Below are positions 30,191 to 39,582 of a stretch of DNA of 64,000 nt, piece after piece. Source of the stretch: Candidatus Latescibacterota bacterium (GTDB taxonomy: Bacteria > Latescibacterota > UBA2968 > UBA8231); the NCBI GenBank assembly GCA_965261395.1, contig OZ253462.1, positions 5,856,001 to 5,920,000 on the forward strand, given 5' to 3'. Positions within the stretch are counted from its first letter, which is position 1, and each line of letters begins with the position of its first letter. The notes beneath the pieces were generated by a model. That model made no database searches. It had not been told where the DNA came from and saw only the letters and a list, made by a program, of their open reading frames with translations. The position numbers and the translations under genes are program-made.

Positions 30191-33100
30191 TGCACTGATG
30201 ATTTCCAGCGGCAGGTCGGCGGATTTGACGAGGGTGTAGCCGGAATGATTGGTGGGCGGCCTCGGCAAGGTGCCGATGTCCATGGTGACGGCAGCGGTTG
30301 TGCCGGACGTGCGTACCACGGTGAGCGGTTGGCTTTCCAGGCTGCCGGCGGGTATCGTGATGCTGGTTGCACCGCCGCTGATGCTGCCATTGGTGACGGT
30401 GAGCGGTAGCACAAGGTCAAACGGCGCGCCGGCAGGTGCCACGGCTTTGACTTGATCCGCGCCAACTTTCTCTAAGGACACGGTAAGTGGCAGCGGATCC
30501 ACCGCGTTGCCATACAAGTAGAGCGTGGTCAGCGACGACAGCCCGTCAAACAGGCCCTCGGGCAGCGTCGATAGCTGGTTGCCGTTTAAGTAGAGCATGG
30601 TCAGCGCGGTCAGCCCGTCGAAGAGATCTGCCGGTAGCGCCGTCAACTGGTTGTCATACAGGCGGAGTTCTGTCAAGCTGGTCAGGCCCGCGAAATCGCC
30701 GGCTTGCAGGGCGGTAATGCTCTGACCGTTCAGGAACAGACTTGTAATTCCGGTGGCTAAGTGTGTCTCGGTTACTTCGCCGCAGGTGCTGGGACTCGGA
30801 TTCTGTTGTTGTAGCCCAGCCAAGATCGCGGTTTGCACTTGCAGGGTGCGGTCGCAGATCCCCCCTGCCAAAAGACTGAATATTTCCAGCGGCAGGTCGC
30901 TGGATTTGACGAGCGCGTACCCTTGATGGCGTCCAGATAGAACCGGTAATGGGTCTCCGATATTCACAGTAACTGCAAATGTTGTGCCGGGAGTGCGAGT
31001 AACTGTGAGGGTCTCACTTTCCACACTACCTACGGGAATCGTAAGGGTTGATGCACCGCCAGTGATGCTCCCGTTGGTAAGGGTAAGCGGCAGCACAATA
31101 TCAAACGGCACACCGCTGGGTGCGACTGCCTTGAACTGGTTTGCCCCGACCTTCTCAAGGGAAACGGTGAGGGGCAGCGGATTAACTGCATTGTCAGACA
31201 GAACGAGTTCTATCAGTGGTTCTGTGAGCCCGTCAAATACACCTGCCGGGAGCGACGTCAACGCGTTGCCACTCAGCCAGATCAATCTCAGTTCTGCGAG
31301 CCCGTCAAATATACCTGCCGGGAGCGACGTCAACGCATTGTCAGACAGATGGAGATCTCTCAGTTCTGTGAGTCCGTCAAAAATACCCTCCGGGAGCGAC
31401 GTCAACGCGTTGCCATTCAGGTAGAGCGATGTCAGCGACGAAAGTCCCGAAAATACACCCGCTGGTAGCGTGCTCAACTGGTTGTTGAACAGATTGAGGA
31501 ATGTCAGCGCGGTGAGGTTGTCAAAGACGCCCGCCGGCAACGAACTCAATTGGTTCTGGTCGAGTTCGATCCTCGTCAGCGCGGTGAGATTATCAAAGAC
31601 GCCCGCCGGCAACGAACTCAACTGGGTTTCGCCTAGGTCGAGTGTTGTCAGCGCGTTGAGGTTATCAAAGATGCCCGCCGGCAACGAACTCAAATCGTTC
31701 TCGGACAGATAGAGTGTTGTCAGCGCGTTGAGGTTATCAAATATGTCCGCCGGCAGCGAACTCAAATCGTTCTGGGACAGGTTGAGCGATGTCAAAGCAG
31801 TGAGGTTGTCAAAGATGCCCGCTGGCAACGAACTCAACGGGGTGTTGGACAGGATGAGCGTTGTCAGCGCGGTGAGTCCATCAAAATCGCCGGCTTTCAG
31901 TGCTGTAAAGCGCTGTCCATCCAGACTAAGGCGTGTAATTGTCGCGAGGTGCGCTTCGGTCACCAACGCGCAGTCTGAGATGTTACTAATCTCGCCGAGG
32001 ATAGCATCGCGCACCTGCGGAGTACGGTCGCAGACAGGAATAACCCCTCCGGGAATCGCCGTTATGTGTGCAGCATCACCACTACCATCCCCACCTCTGG
32101 CACGGATTTCAAAGGTATACGATGTTCCGTTGGTGAGGTTAATGTCAATAATGTCGTCAACATTAGGATTGTGATCTCTATCTCCAATGGTACAACTCGT
32201 CCGATTGCTTTGACCTGAACGACTACTTGAAATGATGTCCCAGTCCGGATTCCAAGTATTTCCGCCATCGTCGCTCACCCGAAATTCATATTCGGTAACA
32301 GGTAGTGTAGTTGGGTCAGCATTTGTAGGAGGTTCCCAAGACAAGGTTACCTTCTCGTAACCGGGAGTTGCTGTAAAGTTCGTCGGTGCTCCTGGCGGTA
32401 TAGGTGTCGTTTCAACAACGCGGACCTGTACCTGCTGACCGACTGACCAATTTAAATCTACATTGTTCCACTGATGTAGATTGTAATCAAGTGCCGAAAA
32501 AGACCTAAGCAGATGCGAGTCCAGATGCAACTCAAATCCTCGTAACATCGGACTTGTTTGAATTTCAAGTCTTTTTCCCGCCACACTATAATAGAGTCTG
32601 TACAAGGTGTAAGAAACACCATTCAAGACAAATGTACGAGAAGAAAGAGAGCCAAAGTTCCAGTCAGGGACCGAATGTGGGTTGTAGCCTCTTAATGCAG
32701 CACCGGGGCCCGCGCCTACTGTCAACGTCAAAACGGATTCGTTAGGTGTGTTGCCCTCGGTTAATACTAGCGGCAGGTCGCTGGATTTGACGAAGGCGTA
32801 GCCGGAATGGTTTGTGGGCAATCCCGGCAACGTGCCAATGTCCACGGTGACGGCGGATGTCGTGCCGGGGGTGCGGGTCACGGTGAGGGGTTCGCTTTCG
32901 ACGCTACCGGAGGGAATTGTGATCGTGGTTGCACCGCCGTCAATGCTTCCATTCACAACGCTAAGCGGCAGGACGATCTCGAACGGCGCGCCGGTAGGTG
33001 CCACGGCCTTGACCTGATCCTCGCCTACCTTCTCCAAGGATACGGTAATGCTAGCGTTATTCCGTTGATTGTCGGAATCTGTCCCACCAGGTCTTCCAGC

Positions 33101-36100
33101 CAGGGCACCAGGCGGTACGTTGGATACTGGGGTAGAAGACAGGTCGAGCGTTGTCAGTGACAGCCCAGTAAAAATGCCATCCGACAGGCTGAGCTGTGGA
33201 TTGTTGCTCAGGTCGAGCGTAACCAGCGAAGACAATCCAGAAAAAATGTCAGCAGGCAACGTGGTCAACTGGTTGCCATTCAGGCGGAGTTCGGTCAAAC
33301 CGGTGAGTCCGTCAAAATCGCCAGTTTGCAAGGCGGTGATGTTGCTGTTATTCAGATACAGGGAGGTAATTCCAGCAAGGTGAATCTCCGTGATGTCAGC
33401 GTAGTTAGAGATGCTAGGATAGTTTAAGCGAACTACGCCGAGAATGGCGTCGCGCACTTGCGGCGTGCGCTCGCTGACTGGGGTGAGAGCTCCCGCCAAG
33501 CGACTGAATATTTCCAGCGGCAGGTCAGCAGATTTGACGAGGGTGTAGCCGGAATGGTCTGCAGGCAGCCCCGGCAAGGTGCCAATATCTACGGTGACGG
33601 CGAACGTCGTGCCGGGCGTGCGGGTCACGGTGAGGGGTTCGCTTTCTAAGCTGCCGGCGGGTATCGTGATGGTGGTTGCGCCGCCGCTGATGTTGCCGTT
33701 GGCAACGGTGAGCGGTAGCACCATTTCAAACGGCGCACCGGACGGGGCCACGGCCTTGAACTGACCTTCAGCAACCTTCTCCAGTGAGACGGTAAGGGGC
33801 AGCGGATTAATAAGGTTGTAGGTCAGGTTGAGGTATGTCAGATTGGTGAGATTACCAAACAGGCCCGCTGGTAATGAACTCAACTGGTTGTCGTTTAGGC
33901 CGAGAAAGAGCTCGGTGGGATTACCAAAGAGGCCCGCTGGTAACGAACTCAACTGGTTGTTGCCCAGCTCGATGTATGTCGGATTGGTGAGATTACCAAA
34001 GAGGCCCGCTGGTAACGAACTCAACTGGTTGTCGTGCAAGTAGAGCTCTGGCAGGTTGGTGAGATTACCAAAGAGGCCCGCTGGTAACGAACTCAACTGG
34101 GTGTCGTACAGGTAGAGCCCTTCCAGCGCGGTGAGGTTGCCGAAGAGTCCGTCTGGTAATGAACTCAACTGGTTGCCGCTTAGGTCGAGGTATTGCAGTG
34201 CGGTGAGGTTGTCAAACAGGCCCGCTGGCAACGTGCTCAACTGGGTGTCGTGCAAGTAGAGGTATTGCAGTGCGGTGAGGTTGTCAAACAGGCCCGCTGG
34301 CAGCGTGCTCAACTGGTTGCCGTTCAAGCTGAGCGTTGCCAGCGCGGTGAGGTTGTCAAACAGGCCCGCTGGCAACGAACTCAACTGGGTGTCGTTCAAG
34401 CTGAGCCCTCGCAGGTTGGTGAGGTTGTCAAACAGGCCCGTTGGCAGCGTGCTCAACTGGGTGTCGTGCAAGTTGAGCGTTTCCAGCGCGGTGAGGTTGT
34501 CAAACAGGCCCGCTGGCAACGAACTCAACTGGTTGTCGGACAAGTTGAGCCCTCGCAGGTTGGTCAGGCCATCAAAATCGCCGAGTTTCAGTGCTGTAAT
34601 GGAAATGTTCCGAGAATAAAGGCCCCCATGATTTAGGTCCAGCCTCGTAATCGTCGCAAGGTGTGCCTCGGTTATGGCACTGCACGCGCTTGTACCCGTT
34701 CTCCCCCAAATCGCGTCGCGCACCTGCGGCGTGCGTTCGCAGACCGAGATCATGCCCCCGAATTCCGTGAACACCAGCGGCAAGTCGGTGGGTTTGACGA
34801 GAGCATAGCCCTCATGGGTTGAGGGCAGCTCCGGTAATGTTCCGATATCCACGGTTACGGCGAATGTCGTGCCGGGGGTGCGGGTTATGGTGAGTGTCTC
34901 GCTTTCCACGCTGCCGGCGGGAATCGTGATGGTAGTTGCGCCGCTGCTGATGCTTCCATTCCCAATGGTTAGCGGCAGGACCATATAAAGCGGCGAACCG
35001 GCAGGGACCACCACCTTGAACTGACCATCCGCAACCTTCTCCAGTGAGACGATGAGAGGTAGGGGGGCACCTGGGTTGCCGGTCAGGTCGAGACTTGTCG
35101 TGTTGGCGCTGTAGTCATAGGTGTCCTCTGTTAATGGACCCAGCGGGTTGCCGAACAGTTCGAACCCTGTAAAGTCGGGGGGTTCGTCAAAAATGCCCTT
35201 AAAGAGTCCGTCTGGTAATGAACTCAACTGGTTGTCGCTTAGGTCGAGAGCAAACGTAGCTTTGTCAAAGAGTCCCTCCGGCAATGAACTTAATTGGTTG
35301 CCACTTAGGTCGAGCAACGTAACTTTGTTAAAGAGTCCGTCTGGTAATGAACTTAATTGGTTGCCGCTTAGGTCGAGAAACGTCAGGTTGGTTTGATTTT
35401 CAAAGAGTCCCTCCGGCAATGAGCTCAACTGGTTGCCACTTAGGGAGAGCAGTCTCAGGTTGGTGAGATTTTTAAAGAGTCCGTCTGGTAATGAACTCAA
35501 CTGGGTGTTGGCTATGCCGAGGGCTTCTAGGTTGATGAGATATTCAAAGATGTCCTCCGGCAATGAACTCAACTGGTTGTCGACTAGGCCGAGCCCTCTC
35601 AGGTTAGTGAGATTGTCAAAATCGCCGGGTTTCAGTTCTGTAATGCTACTACCAGACAACTCCAGCTCCGTATCCGTAATCGCTGCGAGGTGTACCTCGG
35701 TCACATTGCGACAATTGCGTACGCCCGGCACCGCGGCCACAATCGCGTCGCGCACCTGCGGGGAGCGGTCACAGACGGGGGTGTCCCCGCTGAATTCCAG
35801 CGATAAATTCGACGAGTTGCTGTTGCCGGGTAGGATGAGCGTTGTCAGATTGGTGAGATGGTCAAAATCGCTCTCCTGCAGTGAGCTCAACGGGTTGTCG
35901 AACAGGTTGAGTAGGGTCAGGTTGGCGAGCCGGTCAAAGAGGCCGTCTGGCAATGCACTCAATTGGTTGCTGTTTAGGTAGAGCCTTGTCAGATTGGTGA
36001 GTTGGTCAAAGAGGCCGTCTGGCAATGCACTCAACTGGTTGTTGTTTAGGGTGAGTACTGTCAGATTGGTGAGTTGGTCAAAGAGGCCGTCTGGCAATGC

Positions 36101-38335
36101 ACTCAAATCGTTGTTGCTTAGGGCGAGCTCTGTCAGATTGGTGAGCTGGTCGAAGAGGCCGTCTGGCAATGCACTCAACTGGTTGCCGTCTAGCTTGAGC
36201 TCCGTCAGATTGGTGAGCTGGTCGAAGAGGCCAGATGGCAATGCACTCAACTCGTTGTCGTCCAGGCGGAGCTCTGTCAGGTTGGTCAGGCCATCAAAAT
36301 CGCCGGGTTTCAGTTCTGTAGCGTTCCCCTGCAAACTAAACCAATTGCCTCCGAGGCTTAAGTCGCCCCCACTAGACCCAGATACATCCAGACTCGTAAT
36401 CGCCGCGAGGTGTGCCTCAGACACATAGTGGCCAAAATTGGATGTCTGGTCTGTAAATCTCCCGTTCACCATGTAGCGTACCTCTCTATCATGGAGGACG
36501 TGATTTATCTCTGGCACTGCACCTACGATAGCGTCGAGTACCTGCGGTGTGCGTTCGGTAACGGGGGTGGGTGCTCCCGGCAAGGGGCTGAATATTTCCA
36601 GCAGGAAGGATGATCTGTAGAAGCTGTAGCCGGAATGCCCCGTAGGGATACTCGTATTCGGCAACGTCTCAATGTCCACGATGACCGCAGCGGTTGTGCT
36701 GGGAATACGGGTCACGGTGAACGGCGCGCTTTCGACGCTGCCTGTGGGTATCGTGATAGTAGTTGCGCCGCCGTTGATACGCCCATTCACAACGTGGAGC
36801 GGCAGGTCCATGTCAAACGGCGCGCCGTAGGGTACAACCACCTTGAACTGACCTTCGCCAACCTTCTCCAGCCCTACGGGAAGCGGAAGAATCGGATAAA
36901 GCGAAGGATCATCACCGTGTATGTTAGTATAATAGAGGAAGTTGAGCCGGCTCAGCGAAGTGAGTCCTGCAAAAATCCCTGCTGGCAGAAGACTCTCCTC
37001 CGAAAATCCGTCCCCCAATCTTAGTTCAAGGCTTTCCAAACCGGTGAGACCATCAAGATCGTTAGATTGCAGGGGAGAGTCTGAAGCATGGATATTATTC
37101 ACAAACAACGTATTTATGGCAGCAAGGTGGGCATCAGTGATGTGTTCATAGCTAGAGACGCTCCGATCTTGGAACCTACTGACTACTTGATAAATAGATT
37201 CGCGCACCTGTGGTGAGCGTTCGCTGACTGGAGTGTTCGCCTGCGGAATATTTATTGCCTGAAGCGTCCAATCATAGGGTGAATCAATTCTATTTCCCTG
37301 CTTATCAACAGCCGAGACATAAATCGTATGCCGGAGCTGATCGAGAAGACTCGTATCATCATCACCCTTAGAAGGCAAGCCTCCCTTATAATTGAAGGTG
37401 ACGGTTGCATCTGTTTGACTGGACAAATTATGATAACTTACTACTTCATTATATCCTGTGGGAAGATTGACTCCTTCAGGCGTCTTAACGAATAAGATTA
37501 CCTGCTGAAGTCCGTCGGCATCTCGGACTCTGACTTGGACCGGCACACTCGTTGCGCCATACGAATATTGCGTTGAAGAAAGAAGTTGAACGGATGGTGC
37601 TGATCCCGCTTCAAGTGGAACACTGCTATTAAAATAGGGATTCACGGCTAAAAACTGTGCTGCGCCTGCAGACAAAGAATTTCGACCGGATCCATACCCC
37701 ATGATGTACGCATCATCGCGAAAATCGTGTTGCAAGCCGAAGGCATGTCCTAGTTCATGGGCTGCAGTGCGCCAATCCCATCTTCCATCAACGATTGCCT
37801 GTCCCCTCTGTTTAATCCCGACACCACGTCCACCGGATGATCTACTAATGTCCATAACGATTAGTTGAACGATTGAAGAGGTGTCAAACTCTCGGTTAAT
37901 CTCGTTCTGGGGACGCCCCCGGGTTTTGTAATGGCTGTCGGAGTAGTCCCCATTCACGCGATGAACGATCGGCACGCCTTGGGCATCGGTTTCAATTTGG
38001 AAGGTTTTGTTCCCGTATCCATGCGTCGCCATCTGCTCGCGATAGAAGGACTGGACCTCAAGAATCCCCGTTTGCATCGCCTCAACTACCTCGGGGCGCT
38101 CCGTCCGGTCTTCGGGCAAGAAGTAGAACAGCCGTACGGTGCGGGGTTCGCCGACGTCCAGAGCCGTCCGCTTGGCCGCAGGGAGGGGCTGCTCGCGCTC
38201 CCACTCCTCGAGATCAATAACTTGGCAGAAATGCGCGCTATCGGCCGGCGAGGGCGAGGCATAGGCGACCGCTAGCGGTGTGAGAAAAGAACCGAGCAAC
38301 GCCAAAAACACGAAGTGAAGAACGGGAGTTTTCAT
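25142..38335 (-). CDS. N-terminal half of giant surface protein (signal peptide, metzincin, many LRR/Ig modules, FN3, internalin-like LRR, Big_1, cadherin-like)
   Basis: Start MKTPV at 38335 (AGGAG RBS; homologous to the start at 48290); HELGHAFGLQH at 37727-37759; frame breaks mid-LRR at ~25180. Confidence 0.9.
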   Translation of the reverse strand: MKTPVLHFVFLALLGSFLTPLAVAYASPSPADSAHFCQVIDLEEWEREQPLPAAKRTALDVGEPRTVRLFYFLPEDRTERPEVVEAMQTGILEVQSFYREQMATHGYGNKTFQIETDAQGVPIVHRVNGDYSDSHYKTRGRPQNEINREFDTSSIVQLIVMDISRSSGGRGVGIKQRGQAIVDGRWDWRTAAHELGHAFGLQHDFRDDAYIMGYGSGRNSLSAGAAQFLAVNPYFNSSVPLEAGSAPSVQLLSSTQYSYGATSVPVQVRVRDADGLQQVILFVKTPEGVNLPTGYNEVVSYHNLSSQTDATVTFNYKGGLPSKGDDDTSLLDQLRHTIYVSAVDKQGNRIDSPYDWTLQAINIPQANTPVSERSPQVRESIYQVVSRFQDRSVSSYEHITDAHLAAINTLFVNNIHASDSPLQSNDLDGLTGLESLELRLGDGFSEESLLPAGIFAGLTSLSRLNFLYYTNIHGDDPSLYPILPLPVGLEKVGEGQFKVVVPYGAPFDMDLPLHVVNGRINGGATTITIPTGSVESAPFTVTRIPSTTAAVIVDIETLPNTSIPTGHSGYSFYRSSFLLEIFSPLPGAPTPVTERTPQVLDAIVGAVPEINHVLHDREVRYMVNGRFTDQTSNFGHYVSEAHLAAITSLDVSGSSGGDLSLGGNWFSLQGNATELKPGDFDGLTNLTELRLDDNELSALPSGLFDQLTNLTELKLDGNQLSALPDGLFDQLTNLTELALSNNDLSALPDGLFDQLTNLTVLTLNNNQLSALPDGLFDQLTNLTRLYLNSNQLSALPDGLFDRLANLTLLNLFDNPLSSLQESDFDHLTNLTTLILPGNSNSSNLSLEFSGDTPVCDRSPQVRDAIVAAVPGVRNCRNVTEVHLAAITDTELELSGSSITELKPGDFDNLTNLRGLGLVDNQLSSLPEDIFEYLINLEALGIANTQLSSLPDGLFKNLTNLRLLSLSGNQLSSLPEGLFENQTNLTFLDLSGNQLSSLPDGLFNKVTLLDLSGNQLSSLPEGLFDKATFALDLSDNQLSSLPDGLFKGIFDEPPDFTGFELFGNPLGPLTEDTYDYSANTTSLDLTGNPGAPLPLIVSLEKVADGQFKVVVPAGSPLYMVLPLTIGNGSISSGATTITIPAGSVESETLTITRTPGTTFAVTVDIGTLPELPSTHEGYALVKPTDLPLVFTEFGGMISVCERTPQVRDAIWGRTGTSACSAITEAHLATITRLDLNHGGLYSRNISITALKLGDFDGLTNLRGLNLSDNQLSSLPAGLFDNLTALETLNLHDTQLSTLPTGLFDNLTNLRGLSLNDTQLSSLPAGLFDNLTALATLSLNGNQLSTLPAGLFDNLTALQYLYLHDTQLSTLPAGLFDNLTALQYLDLSGNQLSSLPDGLFGNLTALEGLYLYDTQLSSLPAGLFGNLTNLPELYLHDNQLSSLPAGLFGNLTNPTYIELGNNQLSSLPAGLFGNPTELFLGLNDNQLSSLPAGLFGNLTNLTYLNLTYNLINPLPLTVSLEKVAEGQFKAVAPSGAPFEMVLPLTVANGNISGGATTITIPAGSLESEPLTVTRTPGTTFAVTVDIGTLPGLPADHSGYTLVKSADLPLEIFSRLAGALTPVSERTPQVRDAILGVVRLNYPSISNYADITEIHLAGITSLYLNNSNITALQTGDFDGLTGLTELRLNGNQLTTLPADIFSGLSSLVTLDLSNNPQLSLSDGIFTGLSLTTLDLSSTPVSNVPPGALAGRPGGTDSDNQRNNASITVSLEKVGEDQVKAVAPTGAPFEIVLPLSVVNGSIDGGATTITIPSGSVESEPLTVTRTPGTTSAVTVDIGTLPGLPTNHSGYAFVKSSDLPLVLTEGNTPNESVLTLTVGAGPGAALRGYNPHSVPDWNFGSLSSRTFVLNGVSYTLYRLYYSVAGKRLEIQTSPMLRGFELHLDSHLLRSFSALDYNLHQWNNVDLNWSVGQQVQVRVVETTPIPPGAPTNFTATPGYEKVTLSWEPPTNADPTTLPVTEYEFRVSDDGGNTWNPDWDIISSSRSGQSNRTSCTIGDRDHNPNVDDIIDINLTNGTSYTFEIRARGGDGSGDAAHITAIPGGVIPVCDRTPQVRDAILGEISNISDCALVTEAHLATITRLSLDGQRFTALKAGDFDGLTALTTLILSNTPLSSLPAGIFDNLTALTSLNLSQNDLSSLPADIFDNLNALTTLYLSENDLSSLPAGIFDNLNALTTLDLGETQLSSLPAGVFDNLTALTRIELDQNQLSSLPAGVFDNLTALTFLNLFNNQLSTLPAGVFSGLSSLTSLYLNGNALTSLPEGIFDGLTELRDLHLSDNALTSLPAGIFDGLAELRLIWLSGNALTSLPAGVFDGLTEPLIELVLSDNAVNPLPLTVSLEKVGANQFKAVAPSGVPFDIVLPLTLTNGSITGGASTLTIPVGSVESETLTVTRTPGTTFAVTVNIGDPLPVLSGRHQGYALVKSSDLPLEIFSLLAGGICDRTLQVQTAILAGLQQQNPSPSTCGEVTETHLATGITSLFLNGQSITALQAGDFAGLTSLTELRLYDNQLTALPADLFDGLTALTMLYLNGNQLSTLPEGLFDGLSSLTTLYLYGNAVDPLPLTVSLEKVGADQVKAVAPAGAPFDLVLPLTVTNGSISGGATSITIPAGSLESQPLTVVRTSGTTAAVTMDIGTLPRPPTNHSGYTLVKSADLPLEIISATTPNTAAVNIPDANLRAKIETALGKTSGDPISPAEIATLTSLSAQDASISDLTGLETATNLTELQLWDNNIADIAAVAGLTKLTKLYLWGNTITDLSHVAALTNLTDLRLGENSIANVSAVAALTQLTHLHLNENSVSDISAVAALTNLTELRIGDNTISSIAAVANLTNLVWLDAPNNSISDIAVVANLTNLNSLDLSGNSISDLSAVAGLTNLLELYLAENAVSDLSPLVANTGLGADNEIDVQGNPLDYPSIYTHIPALQARSVFIDFDNRTPTTLVKISGDSQQGTPETALAQPFVVEVQDANNVAFTGVPVAFAITAGGGTLSATNTTTDANGQAASTLTLGTNAGTNTVQVSVQGISQTATFTAEATTTDTAVGEGTDVTTYNVGDTIPLPTGFQTPRLTIGSGRAVTADNGTYTCVAAVDCIIANGAISQGTIEVTTSAVASNTDETPVVSTLPPVCDRTPQVRDAIVAAVPSVSDCNDVTEAHLAAITGTLSLIGESITALAAGDFAGLTALENLNLRVNPLTTLPAGVFEDLTALELLILADNALTTLPAGVFAGLTALTGLDLQGNALTTLPVGVFDGLTALTELWLPGNDLTTLPAGVFDGLTALELLLLGGNDLTTLPAGVFAGLTALTGLDLSDNPGAPFAPKAVALPDDGTIPVAGGTVTLDGSGSGGPWGTNVTYGWALTSPASGVTVTFDDDTSATPVVTIPALTEGTELTFTLTVTAVPSGATGTAPAPDIATVTATASTAGICGRTPQVQTTILRALQSQTPSPSTCGEVTKAHLTSDITSLFLNGQGITTLQAGDFEDLTSLAELRLYDNQLTTLPADLFDGLTALTMLYLNGNQLSSLPDGLFDGLASLATLYLYGNSVDPLPLTVSLEKVGTDQVKAVAPSGAPFEIVLPLTVANGSLSGGATTITVPAGSLESQPLTVVRTPGTTAAVTVDIGTLPGLPANHSGYALGKSDDLPLEIISATTPNTAAVNIPDANLRANIETALGKTSGDPISPAEMATLTSLAAQDASISDLTGLETATNLTELQLWDNEISDIAAVAGLTKLTKLYLWGNAITDISHVAALTNLTDLRLGENSIANISAVANLTNLTHLGLRENAVSDIAAVAGLTKLTELRIGDNTISSIAAVANLTNLEWLDAPNNRISDIAAVTNLTNLTSLTMSGNSISDLSAVAGLTKLLDLYLAENAVSDLSPLVANTGLGADTEIDVLGNPLDYPSIYTHIPALQARSVFIDFDNRTPTTLVKVSGDSQQGTSGTALAQPFVVEVQDGESAAFAGVPVVFAVTAGGGTLSETSTATDANGQAQSTLTLGNSAGTNTVQVSVQGIAQSETFTAEATTTDTAVGEGTEVTTYNVGDTIPLPTGFQTARLTIGNGRTISAANGTYTCVAAVNCIIANGAVSQGTIEVTTGEVASNNAPEFTDGASTTLSVAENTVAGVNLGAAIAATDADNEVLTYTLGGTDAAAFAIDSTTGQVQTSAALDYETTSSYSVVVTVSDGSLTDTINVTINVTDLDESLIPVCDRTPQVRDAIVAVVPGVSTCGEVTKAHLTSDITSLFLKGQSITALQAGDFDGLNALRVLNLQDNQLSSLPEGIFDNLSALTWLGLENNQLTKLPEGIFDGLNSLTTLGLALNRLTTLPEGIFDNLSALTWLGFQQVDHAARGHL

Positions 38336-38456
38336 CGCGTCTGGCTCCTGTAATATAGGTTTGCTTCTAGGTCGGGCCGTGCCCAAACGCGGGGCTGTCC
38401 CCGATCCCGCTTATACATTAATAAATACAGCGATACAACTACGAACGTATATATAA

Positions 38457-39425
38457 TCATTTATACAGCGCCCCTGCGGCCTTCATCTCCGCCGCAATCT
38501 CGCGCCGCAACTCGTCCGGTGCCAGCACCTCACACTCCGGCCCCCACCCGCGAATCCAAGACTTGATCTCCAAAACGTGATTGACCCGAAACGTCAGCGT
38601 GCACCGTCCGTCTTGGTCTTCCTCTTGGGCGATCACCCCCGGCCAGTCCGATTCCCGCACCCGATAGACCGCCTCCTTGGAAAACCGCATTTTCACCTCC
38701 TCCTCGCAGCCGCCCCGGACTCCCCAGGCGTGCTTGAGATACTCGTAGGGGTCAAAATCCGGCGGCTCAAAGTGGGTCTCCAACACCTCAACCCGCTCCA
38801 ACCGCTCGATCTTGAACGAGCGGTTGGCTTGGCGAAAGTGATCGAACCCATACACATAGCAGGAATAGCCAATAAAGGACGGCTCGATAAAAAAGGGATC
38901 GAACAGGCGCTCTGAACGCGTCCCAGAGACAGGATCTTGATAGGTGAGCTGCACCTGTCGCCGGTTAGCCCAAGCGCGGGTCAATCCTTCCAAGACATTC
39001 AGATACTTCGGCGCAGGCTGCCTTTGGGAAACGGTCTCCGCTGCGGACTCAACGTGCTCCCCAATCGCCTCGGGCAAAACCTCGGCCAGCTTGAGCAGGG
39101 AGGCGACCATGTGCGGATTGTGCTTATCGCTGTAGGCCGACAGCATCCGCGCCGCCAAGTACAGCGCGAGGGCCTCGTTTAAGTTCAACCGGATGCGCAG
39201 CGGATCCATGTGCCCGCCCTCCATGAGCTTCCAGACCCGGCCCTGCCGGTACACGGGCAGCCGCCCCCGCTCGGATAACTCCATCACATAGCGCCGGGCC
39301 GTCCGTTGACTTACGCCTAATAGCTGGGCGATTTCCATAGTTCCCACTCCTTTGGGCCGCCGCAGGAACAGTACTCTGATTTGTTCGAGCCGATCCGCCT
39401 TGTGGATTGCATCGGTTATGGGCAT
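38457..39425 (-). CDS. WYL-domain transcriptional regulator (wHTH-WYL-WCX, PafB/C-YafY-like), copy 1
   Basis: N-terminal HTH (EIAQLLGVSQRTARRY), R.FDP...CYVYGF...RSFKIERL WYL core, WIRGWGPECEVLAPDELR WCX motif. Confidence 0.93.
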   Translation of the reverse strand: MPITDAIHKADRLEQIRVLFLRRPKGVGTMEIAQLLGVSQRTARRYVMELSERGRLPVYRQGRVWKLMEGGHMDPLRIRLNLNEALALYLAARMLSAYSDKHNPHMVASLLKLAEVLPEAIGEHVESAAETVSQRQPAPKYLNVLEGLTRAWANRRQVQLTYQDPVSGTRSERLFDPFFIEPSFIGYSCYVYGFDHFRQANRSFKIERLERVEVLETHFEPPDFDPYEYLKHAWGVRGGCEEEVKMRFSKEAVYRVRESDWPGVIAQEEDQDGRCTLTFRVNHVLEIKSWIRGWGPECEVLAPDELRREIAAEMKAAGALYK

Positions 39426-39441
39426 AACTCCAGCCTCCAGC

Positions 39442-39493
39442 AGATAAAGATAAGATTTAAGCAGACAGGGAATGTCCGTTGCGTTAAAAAATT
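39442..39493 (-). promoter_or_regulatory. Conserved promoter/operator block, copy 1
   Basis: CAGACA-GGGAA-TGTCCG at 39462-39478; minus-strand TATCTT (-10-like) 9 bp beyond it; A/T tract upstream. Confidence 0.85.
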
Positions 39494-39534
39494 TATTTTT
39501 TTGTGTCGCACGTCTCAGCCTTCTCCGTAGCGAA

Positions 39535-39576
39535 TACCTATTTCAGCAGCAACAGCCGACGTACCTGTACTCCTTG
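39535..39576 (-). pseudogene. Orphan 3' end of a giant-protein paralog (QGVQVRRLLLLK-stop)
   Basis: 41/42 identical to 10975-11016. Confidence 0.85.
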
Positions 39577-39582
39577 CCATCC

